IMG/VR virus record: IMGVR_UViG_3300008110_000203
Coordinates: 1-58,730 of that record
Strand: one strand, 5' to 3'
DNA from: a virus
Lineage: Duplodnaviria > Caudoviricetes
DNA length: 58,730 nucleotides
The notes below the pieces were generated by a model. That model was not told where the DNA came from. It saw nothing but the letters and a program-made list of their open reading frames with translations, and did not search any database. The position numbers and the translations under genes were made by a program. The stretch's first letter is position 1, and the number at the start of each line of letters is the position of its first letter. This document shows positions 1-9,961 of the stretch, piece by piece.

Positions 1-108
1 GTCCTCGGGCGAGGGTGTGACAACGGCGGGTGGACTGACGTCGGGGAACTGAATCTGCGGCGGCTCATCCGCCGCCAACAAGGCGAGGAATGTGATTATC
101 AGCAGCAT
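1..108 (-). CDS. 5' part of a secreted/membrane protein, truncated by the window edge
   Basis: ATG at 108 gives MLLIITFLALLAADEPQIQFPDVSPP..., a signal-peptide-like N-terminus, open to position 1. Confidence 0.55.
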   Translation of the reverse strand, partial: MLLIITFLALLAADEPPQIQFPDVSPPAVVTPSPED

Positions 109-118
109 GCGGCACCAG

Positions 119-586
119 TCAGCCGTCCTGCAGATCGATGGTAATGGAAATCGCCTCGCCCATCGAGGAGATCATGTCAAGCTGTTCAACCGGCTGTGCG
201 GCCAGCTCGTGCAGACCGGCTGTCGCGAGTGTCTGGGACATCCCTCGATCCATCAACCAATCTCGACGACGGAAGGTGATGTTATTCTCCTGACAGTATC
301 GCCGACCTCCGTTGATGTACGCCGTCCGCAGGGACTGAGCAGAGGTGACCGGGGCTGTTCCAGCAACGACAGCCTGCTGCGGCACCGTGGAGTCGTTCTT
401 CTTGCCGCACCTGTCCAGCAAGTTCGTCATTATTGGTACGACGAACTGAGCCAGAATTGCCCCAATCGCGGGGTTTCCTACGCCGCTGGCCCGCGGGAGG
501 TTATCCACGGAGACGCTATCCCCGCAGCGATAAAACACGCCTTCAACAATATCAGGACAACAGTCCTTTTTCCTCTTCTTCGCCAT
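119..586 (-). CDS. hypothetical protein (lysis/late region)
   Basis: ORF 119..643; likely start MAKKRKK at 586 after GAGGGG; fits the minus-strand gene chain. Confidence 0.6.
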   Translation of the reverse strand: MAKKRKKDCCPDIVEGVFYRCGDSVSVDNLPRASGVGNPAIGAILAQFVVPIMTNLLDRCGKKNDSTVPQQAVVAGTAPVTSAQSLRTAYINGGRRYCQENNITFRRRDWLMDRGMSQTLATAGLHELAAQPVEQLDMISSMGEAISITIDLQDG

Positions 587-639
587 AACACAGCCCCTTC
601 TAAACAAAACAAAAAGTCGGAACACTCTGCTCCGATCAG

Positions 640-807
640 TCACTTGCGGAATTTGCTCTGCACACTCCAGCCGACAGCGAGGAGGGACATGATCGCACCA
701 AGCACCTCAGGGACTTGGCCTTCCTCAAGCAGTCCTTTCTGCACCAACATACCGCCTGCGATAGTCAGCACGTGGCGGATCAAACCAAACGTCTGGTCCT
801 TGTTCAT
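640..807 (-). CDS. putative holin, 55 aa with two TM helices (not in the ORF track)
   Basis: Manual translation: MNKDQTFGLIRHVLTIAGGMLVQKGLLEEGQVPEVLGAIMSLLAVGWSVQSKFRK. GGAGG SD upstream; ATGA overlap with the upstream gene; resembles small phage holins with the LIRHxLT..GG motif. Confidence 0.75.
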   Translation of the reverse strand: MNKDQTFGLIRHVLTIAGGMLVQKGLLEEGQVPEVLGAIMSLLAVGWSVQSKFRK

Positions 808-1079
808 GGAGGTCCTCCTTCAATTGGGCCCGCATATCGCGGTCGGTCCGGTACAAGATCTTTCAGAAACTGCAACGTCGCCTGCCGCTCTTCGCGGTGA
901 CTCTGCTCTACCCGCTCATACCCCTGCTGGATAGCAGAGATGTGTCCGGGTATTGCGTCCAACAAATACTTGATGCCGGTGATCATGGTCAACACAAGAG
1001 CCAGCAACAACACGTTGTTGAAGCTTTGCGAGGTGACCCAACCGATAACAGCGTCTGTCGGTGTCTTCTTCTCAGGCAT
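804..1079 (-). CDS. single-TM membrane protein with coiled-coil tail (holin/lysis-associated candidate)
   Basis: MPEKKTP... start after GGAG; hydrophobic NNVLLLALVLTMITGI followed by a charged helix. Confidence 0.65.
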   Translation of the reverse strand: MPEKKTPTDAVIGWVTSQSFNNVLLLALVLTMITGIKYLLDAIPGHISAIQQGYERVEQSHREERQATLQFLKDLVPDRPRYAGPIEGGPP

Positions 1080-1102
1080 CGTAATGCTCCGGTGTCCGGG
1101 CG

Positions 1103-4100
1103 TCAAGGCGATTGACTACGGGAGGCTTCCTGTTTACGCAACAGTTTGAGCAGACGGTCGATTTGTTGCAGCTTTGCAAGCTGCTCAGTGTCGCCTATCT
1201 GCGCCAACCGTTCGCGTAACTTTGCGGTTCCTGTCGCCAGTGTAAGGGGCCTTGCGCCGGCCGCAACCTCCATCGCATTGAGTCTGTCCCGTATTTCCCG
1301 CAATGTCTGTTCTGGGGTTATGGTGTCCACCTTGACTCCGAGCAGGAATCGGGCCACCTTCTCGGTCGCGCTGGTCCTGTCCTCAGGGTTGCTCAGGTAT
1401 TTTGTGGTGCTCAACAGCCTCGACAGTGGCGACGCCGACGCTACTGCTTCTACGGTAGGACCCAAAAACGGGGTGGCTTTACCGCTGGGCGCCACGTCCG
1501 TAATACCCAAGTTTACTAAAATTCTCCCAATTGTCGGGTCGAGGTCGTCCAAGCGGCGACCGCCCATAGGTGTAGCGGCGAACAGTGATGTGTTTGTCGC
1601 TTGTTCGACTACGCTCTTGAGTGCCGGGTTGCCTGACGCGATCAGCTTCTGCAGCAGGCCTTTGACGTCCGCCTGCAGAATGTCGCCGGCGTACCTCACA
1701 GCATCCTCGTGCATTAGACCCAAGCTGGTCAAGAACTTCGCCCGCCCGTCGTCATAGGTGCCGAGGGGTATGGCCGTAGTGTCCTGCAACCCGAACGGCA
1801 CATATTCCTCGTCATCGCCTTGTGCCAATCGGGTCGCTCGCACAGCAATGCCGAGATTCCCGCCGGGGTTGAAGGCCAACTCCCGCAGGAACATTGGCAT
1901 GCTCTGCCGCATAAACGCATAGAAGGGGATCAGCGACCGCATCCAGGTGTTTTCGAACCGGGAGAAATTCCGCGGGTCATTGTTTGTCAGCACTTTGTCT
2001 GCGAACGCAAACGCATCCGACAAACGAGCCCCGGACCCTTGCCGCTGCAAGTATTCGAGGACGACAGCGGTGCGCGTCGTGGTGTCCAGAGTGCCGCGGA
2101 ATGAGTTCAGCGAGTCTGCTAGGAAGTTCCCCCTCGAGGAACGCACAATACGGGAGGACTTACTCTGCAGCACTCGAGGTGGGGCAGCGAACTTCTGCGT
2201 ACCGGGAGCTTGCGTGGTCCAGTCCTTTACGCCCGACTCAGTGACGTATCGCCCCACAACATTCATTGGGTTGAGGAATTCGTTAGCCAAAGCCCCCGCT
2301 CGACCAGCGACCGTCGGCTGCGACAGACCCCCGCGGAGGCGCTGCATGAAGTCCCGCCCTACGTTTACGGAACCACCAGCAACCGCCTCCACAAACGTCG
2401 GTATGGCATCCTGTACGGCCCCGGCCCCTTCCCCCGGAACAGCATTGAGCACGGCTTCCGCCGAGCCGGATATGGCTTGAGCTTCTACGTCAGCGGTCAT
2501 CAGGCTGGCGTGCCGAAACGGTGCCCTGTGGTGGGCGGCAAACAACGCTTGAAACGCTCGCCCTCGGTTCGCCGGAGTGTCCGCCCACCCCTTAGTCGCC
2601 AGCAACCGGGAGATCTCAGGGATGTTTACCCCCGTCAATTCGGTAGGATCGATCGGAGCTCCGCGGGCGAAGTTCAGGCCGGCTTTGGCGAACTTGGTGA
2701 CAACGCCGAGATTCGACCCGCCGACCAAGCTGGCGTTGATCGCGGAGCCCAGGACGTCTCGAATTGCCGTACTGATGGCAAGCAGGAATCCGCTCTTGGA
2801 TGCTGCCGTGATATTCGCTGTGGTTCGAAGGAACATACCGAGTTCGGGCATCTGCATCATTGCAGGTAATTCGGTGAACGTCCTCAACTGTTCTGCTTGC
2901 TCGGAGGTGAGCTCCATTGTTCGCAGGATGTCGTGGGCGTACGCTCTCGCCGCCTCCATTGCGGATCCAGTCAGCGGAGCTCCTGCCCCATCGACAAACA
3001 GATCTACCGGGTCGAGGCGATACCGGACAGGCCAGTTAGCGTCCACAAACGTAGACGCGTTGACGTCTCGGGTCCCACTAAAGACGCGGCTTTCGGCGAT
3101 GCTGCGGAGTAGGTTGTCAAGGAACTGGCCCTCCACCAGGTTGTCCGGCCACAGCCCCCGCCGAGCGGCTTTGCCGAGGTAGTCCTTCTGCGGGCTCAGC
3201 CATTCCCCTAGAGTGGTGGTGCCGGGAATTTCCGTCTTCGAGGTGAACAGTCTTCTCGGGGTCGGACGGTACAGCGTGGTCAGCGCACCAACCGCCCCTC
3301 GCAGATACTGAGCCTGCATTGTTTGCTTTTGAATGCCGTCGGCAACCTGCACGAGCGGGTCGTCACCAAACAAACCAGTCTGCCGCCGTTCAGCTCTGTC
3401 TGTAAGTTCGGCGGCGAGGGCTCTGTATCGAGACACCGTGTCGATCGTGTAATCTGCCGGGATCTCCTCCGCATACCGGGTGAGGTTTGCTGCGATCACG
3501 CCGTTCACGTCGGCGCGCACGCGATCCAGTTCGTCGATCACCGCCCGTGGTAGGCCTATCGCTTGGATCGCTTTTGCGTCGAACCGAAACGCAGACATCA
3601 GCTTCGGTCGCTGCTCGAGCAGTCGCAGGAACTCCTGCGCTGCCGGACCTATCCCCCCGGGCACGGTGGAGAGAGTGCGGTTCCACGTGTCGATGAGTTC
3701 GGTGACGGCCCCGATCCACGCAGGGCGGCTCAAGCTCAGAGGTGCTGCGGCATCTGCCGGATTCGCCGCAGCGCTCCCTCGCGTGACCGGAGTCCCGTCG
3801 GGTAAGCGTGCAACTATCCCATGGGTCTGGGGGTCGAACCGAGGCATGTATTCATCGACGGCGTTGCCGTAGGACCGCCCCAAGTGGTTGTAGATATCCT
3901 CCATTGCTGCCTCGGACTGCAGCACTGGGGCCATATTTGCCGAGTTCGCTACTGTGTCCAGATGATACCGCAAACTCCCCGGACGTGTCAGAGGCGACCG
4001 GAGCGCAGGCTGCACCACGTACGGTTGAGGCCCACCACCAGCTCGCCGATGGGTGCCGTAGTACGCAACGTCGTCCGGGGCCGGCGTGACTCCCGGGGCC

Positions 4101-6619
4101 GCACCGCGGTCTATCCTTGCCTGCATCTGGATCATATCGGGGTCTGTAAGGTCCACCCCGTTGGCGGTAGCCCAACTGGCAAACCCCGGATAGGCCGGGT
4201 CAAACGAAGTGGGGACTCGTGCCCACGGAACACGCGTCGTCCCTGCTGGAGTCCACATCGTTGACACTGGCACCGCCAGCCCATTGGGCCCGGGGGCAAA
4301 CTCCAGATACACTCCCGGAGGTACCGGAGATACCGCCCCGGGAGCAGGTTTTGCGACAGGACCGATGTGCTGATTGAACATCGCTCGGTTGCCGAGGATG
4401 AATTGGGTGGCGTTAGCGCCCGGCGTGACGGGCACCCCCAAACGGTTTTGCCTGTCCACAAACCGGGAGAACGCTCGCTCAAAGATCGCAAACTCCATCG
4501 TGCCGGGGAATGCAAACTTCTCGGGAACCTCCCGCCAAACGTCGCCTTGCGGGCTGGGCTGAACGCGGCGTACCCAATCCTCAACGCCGGCTGTCCCGGA
4601 CGCTGCGGGAACGGGTTCGAAGCCCTGCGGGCGGTACAGCACATCACCGGCACCCACCGGAACGTCTACAGCTCGCAGAGATTCGATGCTGGCGGCTCGG
4701 TACTCGGGGGATTTTCGCAGCCCGTTTATGGCGGCGTCTACGTAGGTCGCTCCTTCGGCAGTCGGAGCCATGTTCAGGGACTGCAGCACGCCTGCGGAAT
4801 TCGTGTACCCTCCGCCAAGGAGTTTCACCTCGGTATCCGTCGGCAGAATCCGGCCAGCCCGCAGCAACCCTGTCGGCGGAGGCAAACGCGACACTCCGTC
4901 CCAGCGGGCTTTGTCCAGCACTCCGATGTGGCCGGTGGCAGCATCGTATATGCCGGTCAAACGGTCGGGTATATCGTTCTCGGCAAGCTTCCAGATCTCG
5001 GCCCAAAACTCATCAGGATCCATACCGATCTGGTCGGCAAGGTCTTCGGCATGGCGTCGGCCAACCGGGTATTGTTTACCCGTCGGCAACAGAGTGGAGG
5101 GGCTGTCGCTGGTGGGCTCGGTGACCAGCGACCCGCCTTGGCTTGGAGGCCGGTACTTCGTGGCGATTTGTTCGTAGGCCTCATCCATGTACAGCTTGCG
5201 GATGCCTACTGTGCCTTCGCGGAAATTGGAGTACAACAACTCGCGAGCACCCGGTACCTGCAAGGCCTCCGCAACGCCGTGTCGGGCACGAGCCCAGGCC
5301 TGCGGCGTTTGCCCAATGGCTATCTCCGAAGAGCGGGCAACGTCGGACTTTTGTCTGGGGGCGTATTCGGTGTAAGGGTCCCGCCACACCGGAACGTTCC
5401 ACCCCGCATCGACGGCTTCTTCCCTCGCTCTTGCAATTGCTGGGATCCAATAGGTATCAAGTTCGTCGTACACGGTTGCAGGCAGGGTCACCTGCTTGGG
5501 TCTGAATGCCGGAGTCAGCCTGTCTTCGTCAAACAATTCGGCTGAGTCTGCCAGCTTAATCTGCCACCGCCCGTCTGCCGATCTTGTTGCGTACTCTACC
5601 TCACGCAAGTCGGAGGTTCCGACAAATGTCACCAAATCCCCCCGGTCGTAAGAGGTAAGGCCGGCCAGCGGGTCCGCGGTGGGGGTGCCGGAGAGTGTAG
5701 CCCGCACCATGTCGCGGTGCTCCGGGCTCTCCAAGTACCGAGACACGGCGTCTCTGTTAGCCTGCACCCGAAGTGGCGACCCTTCGGCGAAGAAATTGCT
5801 CGGGTCTTTGAGGTCCAGTCCGGGGTCAACGGTGAACCGTATGCCCAAGTCGTACCCCGACCGGAGGTGAAACGCCGCAAGCTGCGCTTGCGTTTGGTCA
5901 GCAGTCGCTCTCGCCGCTTCCCGGACAGCCGAGGATGTGTCTTGCAATACCGGATCCGTCAGACCCCAGGCATACTTGTCGAACACGGCCTTGGTTCCGG
6001 TCTTGACGCCTTGAAACGCCTTCTTTATGGCGTCAAGACCCATCGGAGACAGCGGGTCGAACGCTGCTTTTGTCGCCACCCCGAGACCGTAGATCAGCGG
6101 ATGCAGGGTCTGCCCTGCCTCCGGCATTTTAGGCAACCGTTGCAACACCTTGGGGGTGGTGACAGCTCGAGCCGCAGCTCGAGCTGATGCAGTCCTCGCC
6201 ATTGCACCGGTCAGACCCGCTGCCCGAGATACCCACCCTCCGATCGGCCCGAACGGGTCTGTCAACACCTCAAACCCGAATCCGGCTAAGTCGCGCAGGC
6301 CTTCCCCCGGGTCGTCGATCCAGCCGGATATTCCCGTCTCTTTGTTAGGCCTCATGCCGTACCGTTCGAGCACGTCACGACCGGACAGCCTCCCCTCGCC
6401 AGAGATAGGAGACCCCCACGCTGTGGTGGGGCTCTCGCCGGCAAGCAGTGCTCGCACCGATGCCGCGGGGGTATCGATGAAGTTTCCCACCGTGGCGACA
6501 GCACCAACACCGGTCGAACCGATCTGGGACAGCAGAGACCCGATCGTCTCTTTTGAGTCAGAGGACGGCCCGGGTTGCTGCTGCCGCGAGGCGGAGAGTA
6601 TGTCTCTTAGAGTAGGCAT
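1103..6619 (-). CDS. very large (1838 aa) putative internal virion/ejection protein
   Basis: Long ORF at the end of the structural operon; Ala/Gly-rich; C-terminal LIPFYAFMRQSMP...YVPFGL segment resembles large phage ejection/polyvalent protein tails. Confidence 0.65.
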   Translation of the reverse strand: MPTLRDILSASRQQQPGPSSDSKETIGSLLSQIGSTGVGAVATVGNFIDTPAASVRALLAGESPTTAWGSPISGEGRLSGRDVLERYGMRPNKETGISGWIDDPGEGLRDLAGFGFEVLTDPFGPIGGWVSRAAGLTGAMARTASARAAARAVTTPKVLQRLPKMPEAGQTLHPLIYGLGVATKAAFDPLSPMGLDAIKKAFQGVKTGTKAVFDKYAWGLTDPVLQDTSSAVREAARATADQTQAQLAAFHLRSGYDLGIRFTVDPGLDLKDPSNFFAEGSPLRVQANRDAVSRYLESPEHRDMVRATLSGTPTADPLAGLTSYDRGDLVTFVGTSDLREVEYATRSADGRWQIKLADSAELFDEDRLTPAFRPKQVTLPATVYDELDTYWIPAIARAREEAVDAGWNVPVWRDPYTEYAPRQKSDVARSSEIAIGQTPQAWARARHGVAEALQVPGARELLYSNFREGTVGIRKLYMDEAYEQIATKYRPPSQGGSLVTEPTSDSPSTLLPTGKQYPVGRRHAEDLADQIGMDPDEFWAEIWKLAENDIPDRLTGIYDAATGHIGVLDKARWDGVSRLPPPTGLLRAGRILPTDTEVKLLGGGYTNSAGVLQSLNMAPTAEGATYVDAAINGLRKSPEYRAASIESLRAVDVPVGAGDVLYRPQGFEPVPAASGTAGVEDWVRRVQPSPQGDVWREVPEKFAFPGTMEFAIFERAFSRFVDRQNRLGVPVTPGANATQFILGNRAMFNQHIGPVAKPAPGAVSPVPPGVYLEFAPGPNGLAVPVSTMWTPAGTTRVPWARVPTSFDPAYPGFASWATANGVDLTDPDMIQMQARIDRGAAPGVTPAPDDVAYYGTHRRAGGGPQPYVVQPALRSPLTRPGSLRYHLDTVANSANMAPVLQSEAAMEDIYNHLGRSYGNAVDEYMPRFDPQTHGIVARLPDGTPVTRGSAAANPADAAAPLSLSRPAWIGAVTELIDTWNRTLSTVPGGIGPAAQEFLRLLEQRPKLMSAFRFDAKAIQAIGLPRAVIDELDRVRADVNGVIAANLTRYAEEIPADYTIDTVSRYRALAAELTDRAERRQTGLFGDDPLVQVADGIQKQTMQAQYLRGAVGALTTLYRPTPRRLFTSKTEIPGTTTLGEWLSPQKDYLGKAARRGLWPDNLVEGQFLDNLLRSIAESRVFSGTRDVNASTFVDANWPVRYRLDPVDLFVDGAGAPLTGSAMEAARAYAHDILRTMELTSEQAEQLRTFTELPAMMQMPELGMFLRTTANITAASKSGFLLAISTAIRDVLGSAINASLVGGSNLGVVTKFAKAGLNFARGAPIDPTELTGVNIPEISRLLATKGWADTPANRGRAFQALFAAHHRAPFRHASLMTADVEAQAISGSAEAVLNAVPGEGAGAVQDAIPTFVEAVAGGSVNVGRDFMQRLRGGLSQPTVAGRAGALANEFLNPMNVVGRYVTESGVKDWTTQAPGTQKFAAPPRVLQSKSSRIVRSSRGNFLADSLNSFRGTLDTTTRTAVVLEYLQRQGSGARLSDAFAFADKVLTNNDPRNFSRFENTWMRSLIPFYAFMRQSMPMFLRELAFNPGGNLGIAVRATRLAQGDDEEYVPFGLQDTTAIPLGTYDDGRAKFLTSLGLMHEDAVRYAGDILQADVKGLLQKLIASGNPALKSVVEQATNTSLFAATPMGGRRLDDLDPTIGRILVNLGITDVAPSGKATPFLGPTVEAVASASPLSRLLSTTKYLSNPEDRTSATEKVARFLLGVKVDTITPEQTLREIRDRLNAMEVAAGARPLTLATGTAKLRERLAQIGDTEQLAKLQQIDRLLKLLRKQEASRSQSP

Positions 6620-6654
6620 CGACTATAGTGGTGCGTAAAAACCAAAGGTGAGGA

Positions 6655-9600
6655 TTAAAAACCGGAGCCGCCCGTCCTACCAAAACTTGACCAAAAATTT
6701 GACGCGTCCGCGTTTGCGGCCCTTTCTCTACTTTTACGCTCTTCTCGGTCTTTCTTGACCCTTTCCAAAAACGCTTGATGTCCCTCTTCCGAACCAAGGT
6801 CCGCGTCCAACAGTGCTGTCAGACCGGGAGTCCACTCGGGCCTAAAAGAGTCGCGGTGTTCTGGAGACACCGCCGCAGCTCTTGCATACATCTGCAACGC
6901 CTGCAGGTTTTCCCGGGTCAATTTGAGAGAACCTTCTTCGTTGTTCAAGTCACGCTGCATTTTACTTTCAATAGTCCCCGGGTCTCCAAATGCCCCGGGT
7001 TGGTCCGCCCGGTAAGCGTCAAACACGTCATACCCTGCCCCCGGAATAGACTCGTAGGTGTCGGCATTTAGGCGAGACAGTAGCATCTGCGACTCAGCCA
7101 TTTGAGTCGTTGTCGGGCTACTTCTCGAAGTAACACCCGACAGAGGGCTCTGCATGTCGGAGGTCTGCGACTGCTCGCCCGCATCAAACCCGTAGGCCTG
7201 CCGCTGGCCGGCACCGAGATTGTCCGCCCATCTTTGCACAGCGCCGGGGAACCGCTGCTGCAAAAACGGATCTGTTGGACTGTAACCCTGCTTCAAGTAT
7301 CGGGACAACGCCCGGTCTTCGGAGGTCGCTTTCTTCTGCGCGGCTCTCGCCTGCAGTGTCTCCCGAACAGAGTTACGGTACGTTTCGGAACGCCGGGCTT
7401 CGCGATTTCCGCGAGCTACGGTCTCCTCCTGCCGCAATTCTTCCGCCAGCTCCGGCCTGCCCTCCAACTGCCCTTGGGCTTGCATCATACGGAGCATGCC
7501 GAGGCGGTTTGTACCGGTAATCCCCAGAGGATTGTTGGCTCCTGCGTTTGCTGGATTCGCGAACGCGAACGTAGAAGACCGTCGCTGGAATGGGTCGGTC
7601 GGGGAGGCCGGCATGCGGCCCTCTGTGATGTTGGCCAACCCCTCTTCGGTCATAGGGTTTGACATGTCGATCAATCGCTGGTCCGCAGCTACCCTGCTCC
7701 GCATACGGAAGGCCTGTTCTGCATCCCGCTCGCTCTGCTGTGCAGCCAAGGCCTGCAGCCCCATAGGACCTCCACGCCCAAACCGGGACACCAGCCCGCC
7801 CGGCGTCATCATGGACCCCTGCCGGTATTGCTCGGTGTTACGAATACCAGCCATCTCCGCTTCCGACAGCGGTGACTGGTTTGGGTTAAACTCGCCGCCG
7901 GGGGACCAGCGGGTGTCGTATCCGCCGAGGGATTGGGCTGCTGACCGCAGGACGTTTGGGTTGTACCCCTGCGCGTCCGCCAGCAACGCCGCCGCACGGT
8001 TCGGATTATCCCGGAACCCTCTTTGCCGCAAAACGTTTAGGCCCTGCGTAAACGCGTCGGAGTTCTGATCGATGGACTGCACAGCTTGCGCTGAGTCATA
8101 CCCCCCGCGTGGCGTTAACGGATTATCCATCTGCGACTGCTGCACCGCGGCGTCTATTGCGGAGGTACTGCTATCACCCCAATAGCCCAGCTGAGAGTCC
8201 CGTATTGCTTGGGGGGCGAGGTTCAAGCCCATCTGAATAGCGTTGCCGATTCCGGCTAAGGGGTATCCGAGACTCATAGCAAGCGACAGAGGAGACCTGT
8301 TTTGCGGTAAAGACCGTGGGGCATATTCGTCATAGGCTTGTTCCCCTTCAATCTTGGGGCCGTAATATCTCCTGACCACCGGCCCGAGATACCCCTGCGT
8401 AGAGTACGTAGGTGGTCCTCCCTCATCCGGATTATAGTTTGTCACACCGAGATTTCGCGGTCCGGCAGGCACGACTCCCGTAGCGGGGGCACCTTGTGCG
8501 GGCGAGGTAGCGGCTGCCGGTGGCTCGAAAGGCGAGGGGGTTGCAACAGAACCGCTTGGTGCCGGTAATGCGGGGACTACCGGCGAAGGACCGCCCGGTT
8601 GCAAGGCCTGATGCAGTCGTATGAGGTCTTGGGTCTGACGATCTTGTTCGGTCGCCGCGTTGTTGCCGGACGCACCCAACCCATAGCCCAGAGCCCCTGC
8701 AGCCAGACCTAGCCCAAGAGCCCCAACACCTCGCACAGACCGCTGGGCCCCCGCAGGTGCGGTAATCGGCGGTGCGCCCGCAGGTGCGGTAATCGGCGGT
8801 GCGCCCGCAGACCGCGGCGGTGGGAGGGGCGGCGAAAGGGTTGTGGGCGTTCGTGCTGGCACGACAGTAGGCGTTCGTGCTGGCACGACAGTAGACGTTC
8901 GCGGAGGAGCCACCGCTGCTGGTATCGCCCCCGGCGGCGGACCCGGTACGGGCAGCAAAGGCGGTGGTGGCTGGGGCGGCAATGGTCCTGCCGTAGTTAC
9001 GGTTGACGACGTAGGCAAAGGATCTGGCTCTGCCGCCAACATCGCACTAAGATCATCATCTGGCGAAAACGAACTCTGCGCACTGGCCGGGGGTGACAGC
9101 GGGCTGTCCATGGCGGCTGGCTGCGGCGAAGAGCTCCGAGGCGTTGCCGTCGCCACCCGAGCGAACTCCTCGTCATCTATTCTCCCATTGATCAACTCTT
9201 GGTAGTCCTCAAAAGCGAGCTTTGTCGGGGTACTGTGATACTTTTCCCGGGCCTGACGGAGTGCGTCCACGCTCATGCCGAGCTGCATGGCTGCTTCCAC
9301 CTCCGTCAAATATTTTTTGCCGTCGAGTGTCTGCATTGAGTCTATCTCATCGTCAGAGAGCCTTCTCGTAGCAGGGGGCTCCGGGGGCGCCAACGGGCTC
9401 TGCATGCCCGCCGGTGCAGAAGGTTTCGGCTTTACCACCCGCGGTTTTTTTACGGCTGCAGGTGCCGGTGCCGGTGCCGGTGCAGGTGCTGCTTGTGCCG
9501 GTGCAGGTGCTGCTTGTGCTGGTGCGGGAGGCGGTGCGGAATTGTCGTCAAACAAACCTCGTTGGCCAGGCAAGGGGTTTGCCATACCTCCGCCCACGTC

Positions 9601-9897
9601 TCTGAGTACCTCAGAAGGAGTCTTCTTAGTGGCGCGGGGTTTGCGTGCCGGGGTGGCCGAAGCGGGTGGCGACGCTGGTGGGGTGGTCTTCTTAGCAGCT
9701 TTCGTAGCCGGTGCCGCAGGCTTCGACGCAGCGGGGGTTGGAACCTTCTTCGCCGCCTTCTTTGCAGCCGCTGGTGCAGGTGTTGGGGCAGGCACGGCTT
9801 TCGCCGCGGCTTTTACCCCCTTGACACCTTTTGGCGGGCCCGGGGAGGGTTGTGCAGGTACGACCGGAAAAAACGACGCGATAGGGCGTGCCATCAT
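6655..9897 (-). CDS. large low-complexity Pro/Ala/Lys-rich putative virion/ejection protein with a central hydrophobic segment
   Basis: ORF 6655..10005; likely start MMARP at 9897 after GGAG; histone-like AAKK N-terminus; GALGLGLAAGALGYGLG segment. Confidence 0.65.
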   Translation of the reverse strand: MMARPIASFFPVVPAQPSPGPPKGVKGVKAAAKAVPAPTPAPAAAKKAAKKVPTPAASKPAAPATKAAKKTTPPASPPASATPARKPRATKKTPSEVLRDVGGGMANPLPGQRGLFDDNSAPPPAPAQAAPAPAQAAPAPAPAPAPAAVKKPRVVKPKPSAPAGMQSPLAPPEPPATRRLSDDEIDSMQTLDGKKYLTEVEAAMQLGMSVDALRQAREKYHSTPTKLAFEDYQELINGRIDDEEFARVATATPRSSSPQPAAMDSPLSPPASAQSSFSPDDDLSAMLAAEPDPLPTSSTVTTAGPLPPQPPPPLLPVPGPPPGAIPAAVAPPRTSTVVPARTPTVVPARTPTTLSPPLPPPRSAGAPPITAPAGAPPITAPAGAQRSVRGVGALGLGLAAGALGYGLGASGNNAATEQDRQTQDLIRLHQALQPGGPSPVVPALPAPSGSVATPSPFEPPAAATSPAQGAPATGVVPAGPRNLGVTNYNPDEGGPPTYSTQGYLGPVVRRYYGPKIEGEQAYDEYAPRSLPQNRSPLSLAMSLGYPLAGIGNAIQMGLNLAPQAIRDSQLGYWGDSSTSAIDAAVQQSQMDNPLTPRGGYDSAQAVQSIDQNSDAFTQGLNVLRQRGFRDNPNRAAALLADAQGYNPNVLRSAAQSLGGYDTRWSPGGEFNPNQSPLSEAEMAGIRNTEQYRQGSMMTPGGLVSRFGRGGPMGLQALAAQQSERDAEQAFRMRSRVAADQRLIDMSNPMTEEGLANITEGRMPASPTDPFQRRSSTFAFANPANAGANNPLGITGTNRLGMLRMMQAQGQLEGRPELAEELRQEETVARGNREARRSETYRNSVRETLQARAAQKKATSEDRALSRYLKQGYSPTDPFLQQRFPGAVQRWADNLGAGQRQAYGFDAGEQSQTSDMQSPLSGVTSRSSPTTTQMAESQMLLSRLNADTYESIPGAGYDVFDAYRADQPGAFGDPGTIESKMQRDLNNEEGSLKLTRENLQALQMYARAAAVSPEHRDSFRPEWTPGLTALLDADLGSEEGHQAFLERVKKDREERKSRERAANADASNFWSSFGRTGGSGF

Positions 9898-9961
9898 TAG
9901 CTCCAAAGAAGAGGCGTTGCGTACGATACCACCGACCGCTGGCGTAGTCCAGAGATCGTGG

